A stretch of 36,132 bases of DNA from Basidiobolus meristosporus CBS 931.73 (GCA_002104905.1 MCFE01000790.1:1-36132), one strand, 5' to 3'. Positions 9,600 through 22,700 are shown, counted from the first letter of the stretch. Notes: generated by a model from the letters alone, not told the origin. Numbers and translations are program-made.

Positions 9600-11620
9600 G
9601 AATACAGCACTGGGACATACTTGGGCTATATTCCTGTTATGCCCTGACTTATGAAGCCCTTAAAGTCAAACTATCATTGTAAAGCTATAAAGTACCACAC
9701 TCAGTATTACTCAAACACAAACATTTCCGATATTATGATGGCAAACATTACCAACACCCAAGACACAAGTGCTACCTTGAAGGTATGTATGACCATGCCT
9801 TTGCCTTGGCACTTGATGAATTCTCATTAAACCAGTACTCCGCCTGAAAATCCTGCTGGACACTGATTCTGATCAAGCAGAATCTGCCACCAATCATAGG
9901 GTATCAGTGCAGAAATCTGATGTCAGTCTCACTGGTATCTAAGCCTAAATCACTGTTTAGCCTGGATAACCACCTGTGCTCATTGGTGACATAGTGTTGC
10001 ATGCTCTGCAGCTGGATACTGGTAGTTAGCCATCATGGCAAAGCAAATATTATAATCCGCATTGGAGATACCCTAGTCATCAGCAAGATAGCTGGCTCTC
10101 TTGGTCCAATAGATGGAATTGCTGCCAGATTTGTGAGTTCCATGGCATTCATTTCATAACTCATGTATATTATTATCATTCACAGAAAAGCACCAAGAAC
10201 ATCATCCTTCAACAATAAAAATGTAAACAAGTCTGTACGACATAGCAGAAAGCTTGAAAAGCTATTAGCCATTGCACAGATATAAAATTAATCAAACCAT
10301 ATATACTTAAGTTAAAGGAAATCTGTTGGAGCAAAAGCTTTATATTGGGAGCAATGCTCTTGAGCTTCATCATTTTTCCTATATCAATGGCCAACTTGTG
10401 CATGGGGCCTTTGAGAGTAAATTAACTCTTTAAGATACCAGAGAAATTGGAAAGAGTTGACACAGTAGTATAGAGTGTCTGCTACCTGTAGTACTTCCCA
10501 CATGCACCAATCCACATTCATATGTACATGTGGCAATACAAGCACAAGGGCTGGATGAGCCAGATCTGCTCTATTCAAATGCCCTTTTGAAGCTGTTTCT
10601 ACCAAGAACACATTGGAAGCATTGGGTGTTGTATGTTGACATTGTAAAATATTCATCTAGAAACATATCACTAATGCCAGTTAGGCAGATCTAGAGCTTT
10701 TGTGCACAGAGCTTGTGACTGGATCTGAACTGCAATATTACAAGCATAACACTGAGTGTGTAGATTTCTACCACTACTGTATCCATTCTCTACTCCATCT
10801 ACTTGATATGTAGAGAGTATTTAGCTGTGCTATACCTTTTGAGAGGTCTTTATGAAGCAAATGGGTGGGGAGATAGATACACAAGTCAAACTTCAGGTAC
10901 TACTATATTGTAAGCCTACCCCAAATATAAATTTCAAGTCAATCATGGATGTGATGAGTTGGCACATGAAACACAGACAGGAGAAGTTAGAAAGTACTGA
11001 GAACTGCTGTGAACATGGAGATACCTATGCCTTTAGCATCAAGAACTAAGCTGCCCTAATGTGTGAGTAATCAGTTTAGCAATGTTGTCCTAATAAAAAT
11101 TAATTGCCAGTTGTGTCCAACCAAAATATGCATTACTAAAGTATGCTGGATTTCTCCTGGTCACAAGCCAATTGCTACTCCATTCAGTGCAGAATTCACA
11201 CAGACAGAACCTTGAATGTACCTGTAAAGGGGACTAGAGTCCAGCAGGGAGCTGGAATAAATTGGCTGAGTAGCAAAGGGCTCCTTACAAATATTGAGAG
11301 GGAACTCATAGCAAAAGCAGTGGCAACTAAGCATATGCTTGCAAGATATATATGTTACCATCCACAGGACATATATGAAGCCTTATGAGTATCACCCTCA
11401 AAAGCAGTAATGTTGAGGTGCTAGAAGTGTGCCAATTGCAGTAAGTGTGTAAGCATGTAGAGGTTGGTAAGCAGGAGGCCACAGCGCTTTTGATTGAGCT
11501 ACATGATGAATACTCTTGTTAGTGATGGATAAGCAAATTAAAATGAGTGAATCAAATGTGGAATATATGAACAGCACATGGGGAGGTAGAAAAGGAAGCA
11601 GCATTTGGTAAATTGGCATG
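9600..11620 (+). pseudogene. CACTA-like transposase, copy B (5' part deleted)
   Basis: Aligns with the reverse complement of ~190-2190 (EGMYDHAFALALDEFSL, NLPPIIGYQCRNL, KGTRVQQGAGINWL). Non-coding 3' flank continues to ~11855. Confidence 0.8.
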
Positions 11621-11855
11621 GTAACATTTACAGAGCTAGCAGTAGGCCACCATATTGACATTATAAAGCCTGGAAAGACTTGCAATGAGGCCATCAGATC
11701 ACTATCAATTTTCTTTTTATATAAGAAAATTGGATACATTTGTCAGTTAGGCCTGCTCAAATAAATGTAGTGTGCATAAAGACAATTAGAGTGCCATGCA
11801 ATTCTTGTCAAAAGACTGCTAAAAGACTGTCAAGTTTTTAACTTTATTTGGCAAT

Positions 11856-12193
11856 AGACATCTTCTGTTGGATAGTGCCATATTGAGCTATGAGTGCCAG
11901 TAACACTATTGTGCACCAGAGAGGCCAAGTGGATCTACATTTGGCTTTGAGGGTGAAACATATTTCTGCATTGTGATGCAAAGAAGCCCCTGTGTTTCAC
12001 CTAGTGTGCTGGAGAAAACACCTTTTTGATTTTTTTGGGATCAATGCTGTGCATAATGTGTAAGTGCACAGAAGAACTAAAGGCATATATATAGTACTCT
12101 ACACCAATGGTACTCTGAATTTAGTGCTTAAGGTTTGCAACATATCACAAAATTGCATGACAATATCTTGGTCCACTGATACTATCAATACTA
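11856..12193. mobile_element. Single arm of the AGACTTGTTC foldback family
   Basis: Starts AGACATCTTCTGTTGGATAGTGCCA and is colinear with the left arms at 25733 and 31317 up to ...TCTTGGTCCACTGATACTATC; no second arm. Confidence 0.75.
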
Positions 12194-12749
12194 CCAATAA
12201 AATGCCAAAAGAGGTCCATGCAATGGCCTTCAACACACCATCAGGTTGTTTACTGAATTGTGCCATTGGATATATTGGCCAGCTCAGTTTGCTCAAGAAA
12301 ATGATGAATGCCCCTAGACTGTGAAAATGCCAAGCAATTCTTGCCAAAATACTCATTAACTACATTCCATTTCTTAGTCATATTTAGCAGTAAAGCCAGC
12401 AAATTACTGTTACAGTCACACCATAAGACTGTGTAGAGGTTCAGTGATTCCAACCTGGTAACATAATGAGGGCCTCAATATGGATTCATGACAGCCAATC
12501 TGTATTGGATTCACCTGCAAGACCTAAACATCACTTTTTAGAAGTCTGAGCTGCAATGGACAAGACCATAAAGTATTATCAGATCATGCTCATCTGCAAC
12601 TTATCAGCTAGCCCTATGAAAATAATTTGGTCCCATAGGTAGATCCATTCCAGATCAGCCATCAGGATCCCATTTGGAGGCCATCATAATACCAGCAGCC
12701 TGACAATCTTATGATGGGATCACAACAATGTATAGCTAATTATACTGCC

Positions 12750-13225
12750 GAATAAAGTTATAAAACTTGATGGGGTTTAATTGGTGCTGTGACAACAATT
12801 GCATGGCATTGTTGCAGTCTTGATGTACTCTACAACTATTTCAAATGGATTCAACCAGCTAGTACATCCAATTGCCTTATATTGCAAAAACTTGACTGTG
12901 TTCTGACAGCCTTGTCGCAAGTCTCTGATGGCATTATCATGGCAGTATGGCAGCCTATAGCTAGTTCTGATTAATGCTGCTATATCAATCTACCAAATGG
13001 TATTTCCTTTTTCCACCTCCCCTAGTGCAATTCATATATTCCACTGTAAAATCACCCCTCTTTATTTGCTTCCCTTCTGCTACTATGAGTGTTCCACATA
13101 GAGTTTGAATCAAAAAAACTATGGCCTCCTGCTTACTAACCATTACAATTGCATACTCCTGCTGCAATTGACATACTCCTATCTCCTCAAGCTTACAGCT
13201 TTTTAGTGTGATACTGGCAAAGTTG
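12750..13225 (-). pseudogene. CACTA-like transposase C-terminus plus 3' flank, copy C
   Basis: ORF 12985-13167 (KQIKRGDFTVEYMNCTRGGGKRKYHLVD) nearly matches 190-430; flank aligns with 11620-11855. Confidence 0.75.
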
Positions 13226-13619
13226 CCATTTGGTCATCAATTTAGGGATTTTGCAGAAGGGCAAATGCATTGCTTCCAGTAGAATGATTTTGCTCCAACT
13301 AGTTCCCTTTGCTTTGAGTATCCCCTATGAATATTTGGTTCCATGGCAGGATTGAACCCAGATCAACCATTCATATCCCTTTATGAGACAGTCTTAATGC
13401 CAGCCGCTTGGAATTATTGACACTCCTTGCAGTCATGTGACATGATAGTAAGGCTGTGGTCCTTTGACTGGATTTCATTGCAGTTTTAAAGTTCTACAGC
13501 AGGCTACAGTGTTTCAGTGGAAACTACCAGCCAATATGTTTTGTTACTGTATATGAGAAAAAGCTTTAAGGTATTTTGGCATGCTTGATGTGGACATCTC
13601 TTGCATAACAACAGCAGTA

Positions 13620-14040
13620 TGATGACCTACAGCTAGTTCTGTCTAATACTAACATACCATTTACAAATGGTGTTCCCTTTTGATGCCTCTGCATGTGCCA
13701 TTAATAAAATCCTTTGTAGAATCACCCTAATTGACTTACCTATCCACTACTGCTGTGGTTATTCCACCTTTAGCACTGTGGCAATGCAAAGTATTCTATT
13801 ACTGCAATATCTCAAAACCAATATTGCAATCATCTATTTATTTTGCTTTTGTTGCTGCAATACACAAAAAGCTAATCAATAACTTCCAACCTTGAGGAAT
13901 AAAGCTCAAGACCCTGACAAGCAATACACTTGATAGTGACATGACATGAAGAATGCTCAGAAGCCAATACATATTCCAATTTACAGCTCATTTGACTCAG
14001 TACTCAAGGAGTTGAAATCAAAAGAGTCCAATAACCATAT
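13620..14040 (-). pseudogene. More diverged CACTA-like transposase C-terminal fragment
   Basis: 13620-13750 aligns with 12955-13080 (GDSTKDFINGTCRGIKREHHL vs GDSTVEYMNCTRGGRKRKYHL). Confidence 0.5.
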
Positions 14041-14679
14041 ATACTAGGCCTCTTTTGTTAGGATTACTCTGGTGACTTTCCTTGTGTGTAGTTTTTGCAC
14101 CAGCCTGTAATCTCACATGATATTTTCAAATGTGCTGCACCTATGTGCAATATGCCCCACTGCACAAGCTTAGCTTTGTGCCATGTGCATTGCTTGTGCA
14201 ATTGCCCAAGAACCTTGATCTTTCAGAATTCCAGTATATATGACTCACCTAGTTGAAAAAAAGTAGAGAGCCTCTTGCACCACAATCTTCACGCTACAAT
14301 TAAACGTTTTAAGTTATGAGACTGCACCTGCATTGCTTGCACTACTGAGTACTCTGACTTTTGCTGGTACAATATCTTTGGAGTGAATACAAAGCTGACA
14401 AGAGGCCAATCTAATTTTTGCAGAAAAATACCATTTTTCTGTTGGAAAAGTCCCTCTAAAAAACTCCTTTACCCCTAAGACACCCCATTAGCTTAAAACC
14501 CCTTAAGAGACCCATCACAGAAGCCCCTTTAGTCACCCCTCCGGTGCAAAGTACACTTTAGAGACAACCAAAAGATTCAAGTCCCCTTGCAGATGCAGTC
14601 CAAGTCTGGTTTGTATAAATTTCATATTGAGAGATGCCAAAATTAGCTTTTAATGGGGAGAACTACAGCATATTTGGTA

Positions 14680-14840
14680 AACTTGTCCTAATAACAGTTA
14701 GCTGTTGGTTATGTCAAACCCATCCCTGTATTAATTAGCAGATTACCAATGCATTGGGGCTACTCAGCTTCTTAAAGCCAGATGCATAGGTGTATCTATG
14801 TATGTCTCTCCCCTAAGGATTTTCTAACACTCCCTGGCTG
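14680..14840 (-). pseudogene. CACTA-like transposase fragment
   Basis: Aligns with 700-850 (AGCAGATTACCAATGCATTGGGGCTACTCAGCTTCTTAA vs AGCTGATTACCCATGCATTAGGGCTGCTTAGCTTCTTAA). Confidence 0.6.
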
Positions 14841-15265
14841 TGTTGAAATATTGGACTGTTTGCTATCATTCAGCAGCTAAAAATTTACTAAACAATTCTG
14901 GACTAGTCCTGGTCACTGTAGGACTAGTTTACAGCCCTAGCTTTGCCAGTTTCTTCAGACCTATGATATCATGATTTACCTATGGTCAAGATTAAATTAG
15001 CTACTTTACCAAACATTATGTGCCAACCCAGAAACTGTAACAGAATGCTCCTGATTGTTGAGGAGCCTTCCTTACTAAATGTCACAGTTTTATTACTTCA
15101 ACAAAGGTATAATTATGAGCTTCTTTATGAGTAAACAACTGTTTAACTAATATCACTATTTCTTGATAGGTTCCTTGAATCCAAATCACTTCTTAAAGTG
15201 CACCAGTTCACAAGTCCTGATAGTCTTAGCTCAATCAATGAAGACAACTACCAGCAAACAGACAC
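14841..15265 (+). mobile_element. Diverged Cop1 5' LTR (14841-15205) with degraded PBS and gag start
   Basis: TGTTGAAATATTGGAC...AAGTGCACCA colinear with the Cop1 LTR, then a decayed match to the PBS-leader-MTSTSKQ region. Confidence 0.85.
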
Positions 15266-15269
15266 TCTG

Positions 15270-15760
15270 TAGATTTATGCTATTGCTCATTGACTTGTAG
15301 CCATACATCCACCTCTTCAGCCAGCCCTGCAAGATGTTGCATTTCATGTTCCAGTATTTGAAATAAATCATTGATACACTAAAGGGTGTTCTCTTGAGCA
15401 CTGCTCTTGAAGAAGTGTGGCAGCCTGTCAGTGAGTCTATAAGTGCTCAAATTTTGCTGTAGGCAGTATGATGCTTGCTTAAGTTCTTGAAATCATTGCT
15501 TTGTCAGTCAGCAAGATCTCCACACTATCTACAATGAAGAATGTAGATGCCATATTAGCCAATGCTTTTCACTGCAGGCTCATCTACTTCACTATATTTG
15601 GCTCAGCCAGCTGCACTTACAGCTCTTGTCAACCCAGCTGTTGTGTTATTGGTAATTCTGCTTTGCTATCATGTCATTCAACCTGTTCTGCATGCATTGC
15701 ATTAACCTGTAATGGCTGCAGATTTTCCTTTTGCCTTCTTGTCTCTAGCTTGGGTAGAGG
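15270..15760 (-). pseudogene. Possible highly diverged CACTA-like transposase fragment
   Basis: Weak patchy similarity to 1020-1600 (HWLIWHLHSSL vs HWLEYG); not confirmed. Confidence 0.25.
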
Positions 15761-17504
15761 TTTTTAAATGTTGGACCAATTGATATGATAGAGCAGCTAA
15801 AAGTATACTTAGAAATTCTGGACTAGTCTTGGTTACTGTAGGACTAGCTTACAGCCCTAACTTTGCCACTTTCTTCAGATCTCTGATTCTATGATTGCTC
15901 CTCTATGTTCAAGATCAAATTAGCACTTTTACAAAACATTTTGTACTAACCCTGAAACTGTTATTGAATGCTCCTGAATGTTGAGAAGCCCTCCTTACTT
16001 AGTGTTACAATTGTATTAGTTCTACAAAGGAATAAATGCTGAGCTACTTTATGAACAAACAACAGTTCAACTAATATTACCATATCTTGATAAGTTCCTT
16101 ATTTTCAAATCACTTATTAAATTGCAACAGGTTATGAACCTGCACAGTCTTAGTCTAGTCTAAAGAAGATGTATACTGCAAATAGAACAATATAAACATC
16201 TTCCCTGTAATGTAGAGGTTTAATAGAAAGAACCACATACTTTGAGAATCAAGATGCCTGTCCACCTTGAGGAAAGAAAGCTTCAGGAATATAGTAACAG
16301 GAATAGAAATTGTGCCCAAAGTAGCAGCAGAAAAAGTAGTGAAGTTTCCAGAGAAGAAGAGAAAGGCCTTTAATGCCATACATATCAATGTGCAAGATTC
16401 CTTCCTTGGACAAATTCATGCTTCAAATACCACCAAAGCAGCATGGGAACTCTTAGAGAAGATCTTTAGAGCAAACTCAATATCTAGCAAGCTTTATATC
16501 AAACTCAAGTTTTATAATATGAGGAAGAATATATATGATGACACACTACAATTCATTACCAGAATGGAGACACTTGCAGCAGAGTTTTGCAGTATTGATG
16601 CTAGTATAGATGATGAAGAAACAAAGCGCTGTCCACTTTACAGCTTACAAGATGAGTACAAGCCACTAATATTCTCTTTTGCATACAGAGAACACAATCT
16701 GACATCAGAATATGCCACAGGCAGACTTCTCTATAAATATCTCAGCAATAATGAAGAAACAGATAAAACTGAGGTTAATCAACAGAAACTAGAACAGGCA
16801 AGTCATATAACTACTAATAAAGAGCTATTTGTAGTTGTACAAGAGAGTGCAAGTGACCTGAGTAATGATAGGCATATTAACTCTGGAGCATCATAGCATA
16901 TTTTTGGTATAAAGGAGTGGTTCAGAAACTCAAAGATACTCCTATGAGAAAGGTAAATTGATGACAAGACAAGTTGTACATGGGTGTACTTCCTGAAGAC
17001 AATTGATGAGGCTTTAGAGATGTTTAAGCACTTCTAGAACATGGCAGAAAGACAAACAGGGTGTAAACTGAAGGTACTTTAAGGTGTCAATGGAAGCAAA
17101 TACTGCCCAAAGAATTTGTGAAAACTACTCATCTACTAGTATACTTCAACAGACCACTGCTCCACATTCTCCACAGCAAAATGGAGCAGCAGAACATGCA
17201 AATAGAACAATAGTAGTGATTAGGAGATACTTGCTACGCAATATGGGATTGGACCAGAAGTCTTGGACTAAATATGTTGCTTCCTGTAGTATACATCAAG
17301 ATAATATGCCCAACAGTTGCACTACAAGCTTTCACTCTCTTTGATGCTTATACAGGCTAAAAACCAGACCTTCAACACTTCAGGATCTTTGGCAATGTTG
17401 TTTTTATCACATCCTTGACAAAAAAGGCTTGAAGTTAGAACCAAAGAGTTGAAAAGGGAGCTTTCTTGGATTGTGTGATAATACTAAAGTGTATAGAGTG
17501 TATG

Positions 17505-17873
17505 TGTTATTATCTGCCACTTGAATATTGAAGTTAGATCAGTTTTTAGTGAAATCAATTAGCTATTTGTTTAGGTTATCAGTATATCGGTATTATCTAC
17601 CAAATCAGTAACATTAGTCAGCATTTGAATCAGCAGATCCTTATCAGACAGAAATAGATATATTAAGTAGGATCTTATTGGGTGATGATGATGCAATCAA
17701 ATGAGTCATCAGCCACAACCTACATCAGGAACTACAATTAGTCAGCAATTGATCTGGCAAAATGTATATAAGGAGCTGCTGGATTCACCATAAAGATCGG
17801 TTCAAGTTTTAGTTAATACAATACTAGCTAAACTCCCTATTCCTCTACAACCCCTATACAAAGACTTGTAACA
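17505..17873 (+). repeat. 5' LTR of Gyp1 (369 bp)
   Basis: TGTTAT...GTAACA; roughly 90% identical to 23024-23392 by eye; TATATAAG box. Confidence 0.95.
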
Positions 17874-17883
17874 TTGGTAGCAG
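17874..17883 (+). other. PBS of Gyp1 (tRNAiMet 3' end)
   Basis: T-TGGTAGCAG directly after the LTR, complementary to a tRNA ending ...CUGCUACCA. Confidence 0.8.
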
Positions 17884-17931
17884 CAATAACCAGAAATATC
17901 CCTCCTGAAGAAAGAAGAAGTCTCCCTCAAG

Positions 17932-19790
17932 ATGTCAAAAAATCAAGAATGGAAGAATGCTATGCAACAAATCCTGGTCCAGCAGCAACAATTACTCCAG
18001 ATTCTTTGCCTGCAGCAACAACAAATGACCACCATGGCCCAAAGTCAGCAAAACCCTGCCAAGAGCAACTTTAGTGTGAAGGTCAACTGGTACCATGGCA
18101 GAGTCAATGAAAACCTGGGAACTTGGCTCTTCCAGATTGAAAAGGCTTTCAAGGCTAAGGAAATTGCTCCAGAAAGCAAGTTACATTATGCAGCCTCTTA
18201 CCTGGCAGACATAGCTTTGCAGTGGTACTACAAAAAGATCAGGTCAGCCACTATGATGGGATGCTCTCTAATCTCTACCTGGGATGAGTTTGTGTTGAAA
18301 ATTCAAGATGTCTTTGAGCCTCCACACCAACAGACACTACTAAGAAGAAAGTTGAAGACACTCAGACAAAAAGGAATGGTCCAAGAGTACATCTATGAAT
18401 ATAGATGTCTACTTGGGCAAATTGAAACAATGGACCCTCTGGATCAAGTTGAGTACTTTATTGATGGGTTGAAAGAAAGAACTTGTAAAGAAGTGAATTA
18501 TCAAAGACCTCAGACTATTAAAGTGTTACAAGTCTTGGTATAAGAGTTGTAGAGGAATAGGGAGTTTAGCTAGTATTGTATCCACTAAAACTTGAACCGA
18601 TCTTTATTGAGGTTCCAGTAGCTCCTTATATACATTTTGCCAGATCAATTGCTGACTAATTGTATCTCCTAATGTAGGCTGTGGCTATTGACTCATTTGA
18701 TTGCATCATCATCACCCAATAAGATCCTACTTAATATATCTATTTCTGTCTGATAAGGATCTGCTGATTCATATGCTGACTAATGTTACTGATTTGGTAG
18801 ATAATACTGATATACTGATAACCTAAACAAATAGCTAATTGATTTGACTAAAAACTGATCTAACTTTAACATTCAAGCAACAGATCATAACAGAAGAAGC
18901 CATCAAGATTGCCATTGACTATAACTCAGCTATGTTTGGAGTTGGGAAGCCCACAATGACTAATCAGAGAGGCTACAATTGCTATGAGAGAAGATAATCA
19001 GAAGCAGTGCTAATGGAAATAGATGCCATACAGAATAATCCTACCTCAGAAGAATGTAAGATGAAAGGATTAAATCCTGGCCCAGCAGCAACAGTTACTC
19101 AAGATCCTCAGCCAGCAGCAACAAGGAATGACTACCATGGCCCAATGCCAGCAAAACCCTGTCAAGAGCAACTTTAGTGTGAAGGTCAACCGGTACCTTG
19201 GTAGAGTAAATGAAAACCTGGGAACTTGGCTCTTCCAGATGAAGAAGCTGTCAAGGTTGAGGGAATTACTCCAGAAAGCAAGTCACATTTTTCAGCCTCT
19301 TACCTGGCAGATGCCGCTTTACAGTTGAACCACAACAAGATCAGGTCAGCTACCATGATGGATGCATTACAATCTCTACCTGGAATGAGTTTGGGTTGGA
19401 AATTCAGGATGCTTTGAGCCCCAAAAGAAAGAACTTGCAAGGAAGTGAATTATCAAAGATCCCAGAGTTTTGAAGAAGTCATCAAAATTGACATTGACTA
19501 TTACTCAGCTATGTATGGAGTTGGGAAGCCCACAATGACTAACCAGAGAGACTAAAACTGTCATGAAAGAAGACAATCAGGAATAGCACCAATGGAATTG
19601 GATGCTCTGCACAAGAATCCTACAACAGCAGAATGTAAGAAGAAAGGACTTTGCTTCAATTGCCACCAGCAAGGACATATTGCAAAGTACTGCCCTCAGA
19701 GAAGAAATGGACACCAGCCATCAAGAAGCTTTAACCATATTGAGGCCATGGAGCATAGTAACATGGAGGATGAGCTTGAGGAAGACTCAG
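17932..19790 (+). pseudogene. Gyp1 gag, interrupted and partly duplicated
   Basis: Retrotrans_gag-like WLFQIEKAF...ALQWY...LKTLRQKG; zinc knuckle CFNCHQQGHIAKYC at ~19652-19693; solo LTR insertion and tandem duplication. Confidence 0.85.
18524..18892 (-). repeat. Solo Gyp1-family LTR inserted antisense in Gyp1 gag
   Basis: Full 369-bp reverse-complement LTR; flanks AAAG/GAAG. The uninterrupted duplicate gag (~19460-19490) reads TTTGAAGAAG here. Confidence 0.92.
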
Positions 19791-19799
19791 AACTCACCT

Positions 19800-22700
19800 T
19801 CCACATGACAGAAGAATACCTATCCCAGATGACCTCCAGCTCAGGAAAGCTATTATACTTGAATGGAGTAATCAATGGAGTACCTGCTAAGATCATGATT
19901 GGCTCAGGAGCATTGCATGAGTACATGTAAGAGCAATTTGCTCTGAAAGCTGGAATCAACTCAGAACCTACCAAGTCAACTTCAGTCTCAACAGCTGATG
20001 GGAACTCTCACATGGTCAACCGTATTATTCAGCCAGTAAGGATGAAGATCAATGACTATGACAAATATCTACAGGCCTATATATTTGTGAACTGCAAGTT
20101 TGACCTTGTACTTGGGAAAACCTGGCTATTTTGTTGTAATCCATCAATCAACTGGAGAACCCATGCTACTCAGATCCAGAAGGACTACAAGACCTATGAG
20201 CTATTACCTGCCAGTCTGGATTTCAGCTTGGTCAATTCCAGTGTGTGAGACAAGTGAACTTAGCAAGACACAGTTCTGTAGAGCACTAAGAAAAGGCACT
20301 CAGATGTTCCTCATGGCAGTATTACAGGAGGGTTCCTTGACTCCACTACCCCAGAAGGTTCAGACTCTTTTGAAGGAGTATTCAGACGTATTTCCAGAAG
20401 AGCTTTTAAGCCTACCACCAGTCAGAGATGTAGATCATGCCATTGAAACAGGAGATAGCCCTCCAGTGAGTAAGACACCTTACAGAATGAGTCCATTGGA
20501 GTTGTAAGAGGTGAAGAGACAGATAGATCAGATACTGTAGCAAGGATTTATTGGACCCAGCAAGTCACCTTGAGGAGCACTAGTACTTTTTGTGAAGAAG
20601 AAGGACGGAACACTTAGGATGTGCGTTGACTACAGAGCCCTCAACTCAGTTACCATGAAGAATAAGTACCCCATACCATGGATTGATGAGCTCTTGGACC
20701 AACTCAACGGAGCCACTATATTCAGCAAAATTGACCTCATGTCAGGATACAACCAGATTAGGGTGAAGCCAGAAGACATTCCTAAGACAGCATTCAGGAC
20801 CAGATATGAACATTACAAGTACTTAATCATGAGTTTTAGCCTCACCAATGCCCCTGCAACATTCATGACCCTGATGCAGACTGTCCTCCAGGAGTACTTA
20901 GACAAGTTTGTCATAATCTACCTAGATGATATAATGATATACAGCAAGACAGAAGAGGATCACTTGGTGCACATTGAAAAAGTCTTGAAGAAGCCAAAAG
21001 AGAACAAGCTTTATGGCAAGCTACCCAAGTGTGAATTCTTCAACAAACACGTTGAATATCTGGGACACATAGTGACTAGCACAGGAGTAACCTTAGACCC
21101 TAAGAAGGTGGAAGTTATCAAGAATCTGAAGCAGCCCCATAACATATCAGAGCTCAGATCATTCCTTGGACTGGTTTCCTATTATTGGAGATCTGTCAAG
21201 TCTTTTGCAAGTATTGCAGCCCCTTTAACTGATATCTTCAAGAAAGACAATACCTACAAGTGGCACATAGCTTGTGAGACTGCCTTCCAGACACTTAAGA
21301 ATGAACTTGCTAAGCTGCCAAGCTTAAGAATACAAGACTTCAGAAAAGAGCTCACTCTATGCGCAGATGCTTCAGATTATGCAATTGGTGGAGTGTTGTG
21401 CCAAGAACACCAGGGAAAGGACTACCCTGTTGCCTTTGAATCCAAGAAACTGAACTCAGCAGAACAAAATTATCCAGTGCATGAGAAGGAGATGCTTGCT
21501 ATAATATACTGTTTGAACACATGGAGATGCTATATTGAAGGAGTCAAATGCACTGTGAAGACTGACATGCCTCCCTCAAGTATATATTTACTCAGAAAGT
21601 ACTCTCTAGAAGAATGACAAGATGGTGTGAATACATTCAGCAATTTGACTTGGAGATTGTCTACAGCCCTGGACAAAACAACATGGTTGCTGATGCCTTA
21701 TCAAGATTAGATCAAGTTAGACAACTCAACTTGGTGCATGAATCAGATTGGCCTAGCCTATTACCAAAGTACTTGGAGGACCAAGCCATTCCTGATGAGG
21801 TGGATGAAGATATCAGGAAGATAATCCAGGATGAAGCCAGCAAATTAGTAGTACAGGATGAAACACTCTACCAAATTGTTGATGGAAGCCATATTGCCTA
21901 TTGCCCTTATGTTTCTTGCCTGGATTTAATACATAAGCTACACAATGGATATGGACATCTTGGAATTGAAGGAACCTATAGTCTTGTGAAAGCCAGAGCA
22001 TGGTGGCCCTGAATGAAACAAGATATTGAGAAGCAAGTGAAAACATGCCCAAATTGCCATATCAACCAAGGTCAATCACAGAGAATTGCCAAACTCTTTC
22101 CCTTGGAGCCTGTAAGACCACTTGAGAGATGGGGAATTGACTTTATTGGAAGGCTGCCAACTACCAGGAAGTGCAACCGTTGGATCCTAGTAGCAATTAC
22201 CATGCTACAAAATGGCCAGTGGCTAAAGCTGAATCAATAGCCAGTGAACAAGAAGTTGCAAGTTTCATCTACCATGATATCCTTATGAAGTTTGGATGCC
22301 CTGTAGAGATTCTATCCAATAGAGGTGCAAACTTTATGGCAAAGATATTGGAGGCTTACCTGGAAATTCAGCAGATCAGACACTTGAAAACCTTGGCATA
22401 TCTTCCTAGAACTAATGGAGTCACTTAGCGGTTTAATGGATTATTTGGAAAAATGCTGACCAAGTATGCAAATGGAGTTGTCAGTAGATGGGATGAGTAT
22501 ATAGACCAAGCACTCTTTGCATGCAGAGTCAGAGTACACAGCACCACCCAGCAATCACCATTTTACTCAGTGTATGGATGTGAACCAAGGATTCCAGGAG
22601 ATCTCACACAACTAGAGCTTTCAGACACCTTAGAAGATGAGCTCAGTCAGCCAAGTAGACACCAGCAACTGGAACAAAGACATCAAGAGGCACAGACCAA

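Noticed and set aside
12195-12750. ORFs 12064-12453 as a possible gene or transposase
   Set aside because: No recognisable motif and frames are broken; left unassigned.
13336-13420. Possible decayed tRNA or SINE head on the minus strand (GGCAGGATTGAACCCAGATC resembles a CpG-decayed reverse B-box)
   Set aside because: T-stem does not pair cleanly, and I found no A-box or cloverleaf; needs tRNAscan-SE.
14140-14215. Weak similarity (GTGCAATTGCCCAAGAAC) to positions 70-90
   Set aside because: Too short, and no TIR nearby.
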